Assembly: GCF_001194135.2 (NCBI RefSeq)
Contig: NC_068991.1
Coordinates: forward strand, 37,068,469 to 37,132,468
Direction of reading: 5' to 3'
DNA length: 64,000 bases
Source of the DNA: Octopus bimaculoides
Lineage: Eukaryota
In this document: positions 55,590 through 64,000 of the stretch, piece after piece
Layout: each line of letters opens with the position of its first letter
How positions within the stretch are numbered: the stretch's first letter is position 1
Translations under genes and position numbers: made by a program
Notes under the pieces: model-generated
Seen by the model: the letters and a program-made list of their open reading frames with translations, nothing else
Told to the model about the DNA's origin: nothing
Databases searched by the model: none

Positions 55590-58190
55590 CAGAGCAGTTA
55601 GCACTAACAGGACTGCGTCTAGTGCTGTTAGCACTACCAGGACTGCATCTAGTGTTGTTAGCACTACCAAGACTAGGTCTAGTGCGGTTAGCATTACCAA
55701 GACTGGGTCTAGTGCGATTAGCATTACCAAGACTGGGTCTAGTGCGATTAGCATTACCAAGACTGGGTCTAGTGCGATTAGCATTACCAAGACTGGGTCT
55801 AGTGCGATTAGCATTACCAAGACTGGGTCTAGTGCAGTTAGCATTACCAAGACTGGGTCTAGTGCGATTAGCATTACCAAGACTGGGTCTAGTGCGGTTG
55901 GCATTACCAATACAGGGTCTAGTGCAGTTGGCATTACTAAGACTGGGTCTAGTGCAGTTGGCATTATCAACACCGAGCCCAGTTGGCACTAGCAACACTG
56001 GGCCCATAGCGGCTGGCACTAGCAACACCAGGCCTGGCATGGCTGGCACTAGCAGCACCCAGCCCGGTGCGGTTGGTATTACCAAGACTGGGTCTGGCGC
56101 AGTTAGCATTACCAAGAACGGCTCCAGCATGGCTGGCATTACCAAGCCCGGTTCCAGTGCAGTTAACATTACCAAGAAAAGCTCAAGCTCAGTTAGCATT
56201 ACAAAGACAGACTCCAGCACGGTTAGCATTACCAGGGCCAGCAGAAGAATGGATAGCATTACCAAGACCAGCTCAAACGTGGTTAGCATTACCAAGAGTG
56301 AGTCTAGCGTACTTGCCATTGCCAAGACCTGCTCAAGCGCAATTAGCATTACAAAGACCGGCTCCAGCACAGTTAGCATTACAAAGACTGGCTCCAGTGC
56401 AGTTAGCATTACAAAGAGCAGCTCCAGTGGAGTTAGCATTACAAAGACCAGCTCCAGTGCAGTTAGCATTACCAACACTGGCTCCAGCACGGTTAGCATT
56501 ACAAAGACCGGCTCCAACACAGTTGGCACTAACAGGACTAGCTCTGGCGTGGTTAACTACCGAGACTGGTCCCGGCGCGGTTGGTACTACCACAGTTAGC
56601 ATTACTAAGACTGGCTCCAGGGCAGTTAGTATTACCGGGACCAGCTCTGGCGCGGTTGGCATAACCAAGACCGGCTCCGGTGCGGTTGGCATTACCAAAA
56701 CCGGTTCCAGTGCGGTTGGCATTACCAAGACCAGCTCTGGCAAGGTTAGCATTACCTAGATCACCTGCAGCGCAGTTGGCATTACCAAGACCGGCTTTGG
56801 CTCTGTTGGCATTATCAAGACTGGCTCCAGCATGGTTGGCCTTACCAAGACCGACTCCAGTGCAGTTAGCATTACCAAGAAAAAGCTCCAGCACAGTTAG
56901 AATTAGAAAGATTGGCTCCAGCGCAGTTGGCATTACAAAAACTGGCTCCAGCACAGTTAACATTACAAAGACCAGCTCCGGCACAGTTATCATTACCAAG
57001 ACCGGCTCCTGTGTGGTTAGCATTACCAAGACTCGTTCTAGCATGGTTGGCATTACCGTAACTGGTTGTAGCGCAGTTAGCATTACCAACAGTGGGTCTA
57101 GCACAGTTAGCATTACCAACAGTGGGTCTAGCACAGTTAGCATTACCAACAGTGGGTCTAGCACAGTTAGCATTACCAACACTTGGTCTAGCGCAGTTAG
57201 CATTACCAACACTGGCTCTAGCGCAGTTAGCATTACCAAGAATGGGTCTTGAGCAGTTAGCAGTATCCATACTGGCTCCATCACAGTTAGCATTACTAAG
57301 ACTGGCTCCAGTGCAGCAAGCATTAACAACACCGCCTCCAGCATTGCCAGCATTACAAAGACTAGCTCCAGTGCAGGTTGCATTACCAAGACTGCCAGAC
57401 TGGCTGCAGTGCAGTTAGCATTATGAAGACTGGCTCCAGCATGGTTACTATTACCAGGACCGGCTCCCGGGCATCTGGCATTATCAGGACTGGCTCCAGC
57501 TTGGTTACCATTACCAACACTGGCTCCAGCTTGGTCAGCATTACCAACAACAGCTCCAGCTTTGTTAGTATTACTAACACCAGTTCCAGCTCAATTAGCA
57601 TTACCAAGACCAGCTCCAGCTCAGTTAGCATTACCAACACTGGCTCCAGCTCAGTTAGCATTACCAACACTGGCTCCAGCTCAGTTAGCATTACCAACAC
57701 TGGCTCCAGCTTGGTTAGCATTACCAAGACCAGCTCAACCACAACTAGCATCTCCAAGAGCAGCTCCAGCACAGCAAGTATAACAACCAGCTCCAACATA
57801 GCTAGCATTACAAACACTGGCTTCAGCGCAGTTCGAATTACAGTGCAGTTAGCACTACCAAGACTGCAAGACCAGCTGCCAGGCAGTTAGCATTACCAAC
57901 ACTGGGTCCAGCACAGTTAGCATTACCAACACTGGGTCCAGTACAGTTAGCATTACCAACACTTGGTCTAGTGCAGTTAGCATTACCAACACTGGCTTTA
58001 GTGCAGTTAGCATTACCAACACTGGCTTTAGTGCAGTTAGCATTACCAACACTGGCTTTAGTGCAGTTAGCATTACTAAGACTGGGTTTAGTGCAGTTAG
58101 CATTACCAACACTGGGTCTAGTGCAGTTAGCATTACCAACATTGGCTTTAGTGCAGTTAGCATTACCAACACTGGGTCTAGTATATTTAT
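55590..58190. repeat. 30-bp minisatellite, ~87 units, consensus AGCATTACCAAGACTGG(G/C)TC(T/C)AGTGCAGTT
   Basis: Directly visible tandem periodicity, with occasional off-length units. Explains all overlapping ORFs from 55525 to 58209. Confidence 0.97.
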
Positions 58191-61100
58191 TATGATTACG
58201 AGACATCATTTGATGCTTTAATATAAAGAAGTCAATTTATGAATCGATGCTTTTGTTGTTGCTGTTGAATAACTTTGCCTAAATAATGTTATGGCTTAAA
58301 AGTTGGAAACCAAAAAAGAAACCTGGTTGACATTTTAAGACATTTTCTTTTCTCTTGCTAACCACTGGATTCTATTTAACCACTGTTTTGTATCTAATCA
58401 ATGCATTGTACCTAACTACTGCATTGTATCTTGTCTGAATGTTAAGTTTTTGTGAACCATAAAAACTAAGATAAACAGATGCATGTGCCTTGCCCTGGGC
58501 TACCACAGAACATCTATAGTACTCCTGACTAAATTCACTATAATATATAAAATAATTGAGGCAATAAATATCAGCATCTGGACAGATGTTGTGTAGAAGA
58601 CATGTACAGAATATCATACACACACAAAATGCTTAGCTGTATTTCTTTTGGCTTTATGCACTCGGTTCAAATGCTGCTGAGGGCTACTTTGCCTTTCATC
58701 TTATCAGGGTCAATGAAATAAGCACTACTGGGATCGATTTAATTGACTAACCTCCTCCACTATAATTTCAAGTCTTGCATCTATAACAGAAAGGATTATA
58801 CACCCATATGAGGTAACATGTTAGCAGAAATAATTGTATTAAACTAAATATTCTTTGATTCTTTCATTCAAATTCCAATTAGTTTGGCTTTGCCTTCCAT
58901 CTCTCTAGAAAAGAAGTATCACTAAATTATGCATTGGCAATATACAAGGGATTTATACACTGGCAATACACTGTTTAGGAATAGATAATGCTAGATATCA
59001 CAAGTATACATACATGCTACAGACATATGTATTTGCACCACACAGACAACCACCCTGTTATTTAGAATGAAATGAAATAAGATTTCTTGACATTGATGAC
59101 TAACAGCAAAAAATAGAATGGAAAACAAAATAAAATAACATGAAAAACAAAGTAAACGAAGGAAAAAATAAAAATCAACAATCACCATGGAAACTTACCA
59201 AGACAACATTATCTAAATCTATAGCTATGAAGAAATCAGTCCAATACAATTATATTTGAAGAAATTAGTTGTGGAAGAAGTATTGAAAATCTGTTTGTGA
59301 GGAATACCAAATATATATAGAGAGAAAATGAGTGAGTGTGTGAGTGTGTGTGTGTGTGTGCATGTAGGTGTATGTGTGTGCATGCGTGCACATGTGTGCT
59401 CTTTTGAATTTTATTACAATTCTTGGTTCAATCAGTCCCAAACAATGAATGCATTAAACCGACTGCAAGTCAAAAGTGAATGAATGAAATAAACAGTGGG
59501 ATGAATGATTGCATAATGACTGGTGTGGGGTGGGGGAACAGGAACATAATACTTTTATTTAAATTAAGGAGCACTTTGCATCGAGTTTTGTTCTTATCAG
59601 TAGGTTTTTTCTGCCTAGTTTTAAAATTTAAAAGAAAAGCCATAACTGTTGTTTATCCCCAACATCAGCCCTATCCAATCAGACCATGATCCACTTTTTG
59701 TATATCTAGGGCAATATTATCTGTCCTTCCTTTTGCTGCAATTTCTAAGGGACTGAAAGATTGCAGAGAAGCTCCTTCATTGGTGACCCTTTCAGATTGA
59801 GGACATCTTTTTAAACAAACAAAAAAAAAATCTTATAACAGTTGCTGAGAACATTCAAACTTTATCAAAAGTATGTATTCTGATTATATAACAAGATATC
59901 AATAATACAGTAATAGATTTCAAATAATATTTATATAATTGTTGCTTTCTCAACTATGTTGATAAATTTCTATTTTTATAATTTGTAATATTAAAAGCAC
60001 AGGATGCAGACTGACAATCAATAAACTAGCAAGCAACCAATCCTAGAGGTTAGCAGTTCATGTTCTATGATTAGCACAGAACTTGTTCAGGGTCAAAATA
60101 TTAGGTTGTCGAGTATGAAATTTGTAGTAAGGTATATGGCAAACTTTGACAGCTGCTCATTTTGCGCCATTATTATATTTTGACAATCTTTATTTTTTGT
60201 TAGAAAGCTAACACATCTATTTCCTTATTTAACAATAGTGAAATCATATACATAGGTGTATGTGTGTGTGTGGTTGTAAAAGGGTAAAAACTCCCTTTGG
60301 TCATAACCATGGGAGTGCACTTAGAAAGTTACCCTTCCGAGGCACAAGTCTGTTGTTTGTGGAAGATCAGCAGTTGTACATGCATACCGGTCTCCCCTCT
60401 CCATGCCACTGATGTTATCCAAGGCAGAAGCAAAGGTCGATACAGCTTGGCACCAGTAACATCACAACTCATTTCTACTGCTGAGTGAACTGGAGCAACG
60501 TGAAAATAAACTGTGTTTATAATGAATAGATATTAGTTCATTAATGCAAAAACGGGTGTGAAAATCAATCAAGACTTGAAGCATTCTAATGTTATTATAA
60601 AGCTTTTTAGAAACACCTTGTCAACACCCAACAAAGGTGTAGTCTGTCAGGAAAACTTTAGACCCAAGACATAAGAAATGGACAGAGCCCATTGACAGGT
60701 AACATAATGAGATTCTCATGCCAGACGTAGCTGACTGGTGTCAAGGGCAACAGCATTGCTTATCAAAGTTCTCAAGGACAAGACACAACTTAGGTAGGAT
60801 ATAGGGGTGGGTAGAGATCTTCAGTATATCCTGGCTTTATAGAAACCGTATTGGTTGTCACTGAAAAAGGGGAGACAAAAAAAAGATGGCTGTTTATGAC
60901 AGTTTTCATCCTTGAGGTTCTGGAATGGAGAGTGATAGGTCAGTGATCAATAGGGTCAGAAAGGTAGACACAGTCACATATTTCCATGTATTGAAATAGA
61001 TCTCCCTAGAAAGACTAATGACATAACATTAGTCAGAACCAGGAATTACTTCAGACAGAAAACACTCACTGAGGCCTGAATGAAGACAATACCACGTAAA

Positions 61101-64000
61101 TGTCAAAAGAGTAAGTCGTCAAAGTAAGTATAGACAGTTGAAACACTTGAAGTGATTTACTGAATTTTATTTCCCAATCAAAAGCTTGAAAAAAAAACCC
61201 TGAAGGAAAATTAAAATTACAGACTTGTTTTCAAACTGTAAGATGAACTTAAGGAAATGAACCAGCTAATAGTCCACTAATTTATCAGATATGGCTAAAA
61301 GCCAAATTGGTATCACTCAAACAAGAAAAGCCCAGAACAAGGAAAGATTAAAAAAAAGTAAAATCTAAATCTGGTAAAAGATATGCTTCTCCAATATAAA
61401 TTATTAAGATCAGAGTAAAATCAATGGAAATAATGAGGAAGTCTTTACTATGTGAAAGCCAACTTTCATATAATTCTACTAACTACTTGGAGAAATTGAG
61501 AAATCCTATAATATACAGCAGGTTTCCACAACATTTGTGGGAGAAATAGTACTCTATTATGACTCAGTTATACAGTGATATTCCTTCCCAAAATAATTTA
61601 TATACTGTGATTGCATTTGATTATCTAAAATACCTTTTCTCTCTTTTTGCAGATCTTTCTCTACTAACAATACTAATACGCCTACTAATACAATTTTCAG
61701 AAATCTTGTAGATGGCAGACTATTAAGAGAAGAATACTGGCACAGAACATAGCAGAACATCCATGAGAGATAACCTACTGCAAACTACAGGCCAATTTCT
61801 CGGATGAGAAGGAAATCCAACCAGGAAATAACAATATGGTAGGGAAAAAGTGCAACTGATAACACTGGAAATATAAAATGTGTGGAAGCAATAGAAAAGA
61901 AATATCAGAGAATAAGATGTAAGGGGTTGATAGAATATTATATGAAAGGTTTACCAAACTAAGAAAAACAAAGATTAGAAGATACGACAATGGATGTCCT
62001 TGTAAGGACAATACAAAAAATACAGAAAGATTAGAATCACGTGACTGTGTAAGAATAAACCAAGATTCGGTCTTTTCCTATGCACTTTACATTCAGAATG
62101 ATATAACCAGAAAGTGATAATTAGACAGTAAAGTGGAAGTATTAATACGAAAGAATGGTGAAAAAGGAGAAGAGAAAGAAGCAAGGGGAGGCTATTATTC
62201 AATAGTAAAATTGTAGAAATAGTAAAATTTGAGGTCTTTCAGCATCAGCCAAAAATAAAACAAATAATTTAAATAGTGAAATAGACATAAAGATATTTTT
62301 AGTAAGTAAAGAAATTTTATATTTTGGACAGAAATGGAAGGCTATTGTTTAAGGTTTAATAAATCAGAGAGATGTTGAAAATATCTGATAAAGAAGTTTA
62401 CATGCTACTCACTGGTACAGACAGTCAGGTAGTATAAAGGGGTGGCATATATAGTCTTTGGCATGGTTTTCCCTTGGTAGGTAATGTGAATGAGAAAAAG
62501 ATGTGATGTAAGTAGACAGGAGAAGTAGTTGTATAGGAAGTGGGGTGGAGAAGAACAGTAGGTATGCTTATAAGGCATGAGTTGAGAGAAAAGGATGGTA
62601 GGGACAGTCTCTCTGGTTTGATAGCAGGAAGTATGTTATTGTTTAGGGTTCACTCAGATATGTAAGTAGAGGAGATCTATGATATTCAGGTCACAATTTG
62701 TATTGGCTGAAATTCCCCTTGGGACTAATCAAGATTGCTATTTTATGGTTCACAAAAAAGATGTTTATATAAAACACCTGTTTGAATTGTTACACACTAT
62801 AGGTCAGCTAGGTCAAAGTCAGTGATGGTGTTAGTAGTTTTCTTTCAAGAAATTTTAAACTGGGTATTTTTTAAAAGGTTGGACTGAAAAGATTATGTTA
62901 CTATGACATATTTAGTGGAGTAGTGTAATGCTTCTATCATAGCTATTTATAATTGCATAAATGTAAACAAACCAATGGCTAAACATGACATTCACCTTCC
63001 TCCCTCTTCCACCACCATAAATAACCCAAATTCTTCTTTAAAACTAAGCTACTGGATTTCAATAGGGTTAGTTGTTTCTTGGAAACAGAAAATCTTTAAA
63101 ATACTTTAAGATACTTTAACTCAGTAACTTCCTCCACCGGCTAATTATGCTACTCACTGTACCATACTTCTGTGTCTCTTTTGACATGTTCTTTTTTTAC
63201 AGCTGGATGCCCTTCCTAGCAGAGTGGGCCGAGTGCTTTTTATGCGGCACCAGCACAGGTGAGGTCAATTTTGGCATGGTTGCACTCAGTTGTAATAAGC
63301 AACTCTCCCATTAATACCAACTCTTCAAACCTTTCCCCTAATGATTCTTTACATTTACTCCAAGTATCTTCACAGATATCTATCATGATCTGCCTAAATT
63401 TCTGCAATCAAAATACTCACATAGCTGATAGTGAATCCATATAAACATACTTGTTTATCAGTCTATACACATCTCTCTATACATATGCCTCTTTATATCT
63501 ACATGCTATCCATTTGATCACTTGTGTGCATCATCATCACCATCATCTAACATCTGTTTTCCCTGCAGGCATGGGTTGAATGGTTTGACAGAAGCTGACC
63601 AACTGAAGGGTTGTTCAGATTCCAATTGTCTGTTTTGGCATGGTTTCTATGCCAACCACCTAACAGAGTGTACTGGGTGCTTTTACACAACACTGGTACA
63701 GATGTGTTTCACATAACAACAGCACTTATGAGCCCTCAAGATTAAGGATGCTCAGCAGGAGGGGGTTGCAAGGGACAAGCCTGTATGCAAGGACAACCAC
63801 GCTTTTACTTAGCTTGACATAAACGTATACTTGTATACAAGTGATGTACATATGTATGTTTCTGCATATATAAGTAGATATGTGTAGAGTAGATTGGTAG
63901 ACAGACAGACAGACGTGTGTGTGTGCATGTGTGTGTGTTGATATGTTTCCTGTCAATATAAGGTTTCCCCTATAACTATTGCCTCCTCCCTTCATGATTC

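Noticed and set aside
55525-58209. Overlapping ORFs as an intact gene, or the array as CRISPR
   Set aside because: The ORFs arise because the 30-mer lacks stops in several frames; each frame is broken by indels or stops. Units are contiguous with no unique spacers, and the DNA is eukaryotic.
60600-62950. Purine-rich stretch possibly from an old retroelement (similar hints at 38600-39400 and 28360-28700)
   Set aside because: No unambiguous domain motif could be read, so it is left unannotated.

Overview
AT-rich, repeat-dense animal genomic DNA with five N-gaps. The SINE and LINE complement resembles octopus/coleoid cephalopod DNA; this is inferred from repeat motifs, not from a search. One host gene spans most of the window on the minus strand: a formin of the FMN1/FMN2/cappuccino subfamily. 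Ten GT-AG exons (50934->1336) were reconstructed by hand. They join in consistent phase into about 798 codons: N-terminal region, DEP-like domain, coiled coil, polyproline FH1, and the first part of FH2. The remaining FH2 exons lie left of the window. The introns contain decayed RTE, CR1/Jockey-like and Penelope retroelements, mariner, Tigger/pogo, hAT and piggyBac-type DNA elements, a probable solo LTR, and many tRNA-derived SINEs. The main unexplained structure is a ~2.6 kb array of ~87 30-bp units (55590-58190) upstream of the formin start. Its substitutions fall mostly on every third base, as in a coding repeat, but it is broken by frameshifts and stops. Also notable: two neighbouring long intronic hairpins (one with a pre-miRNA-sized inner stem), oppositely oriented SINE clusters flanking the DEP exon, and a hammerhead-ribozyme-like motif in a Penelope tail.
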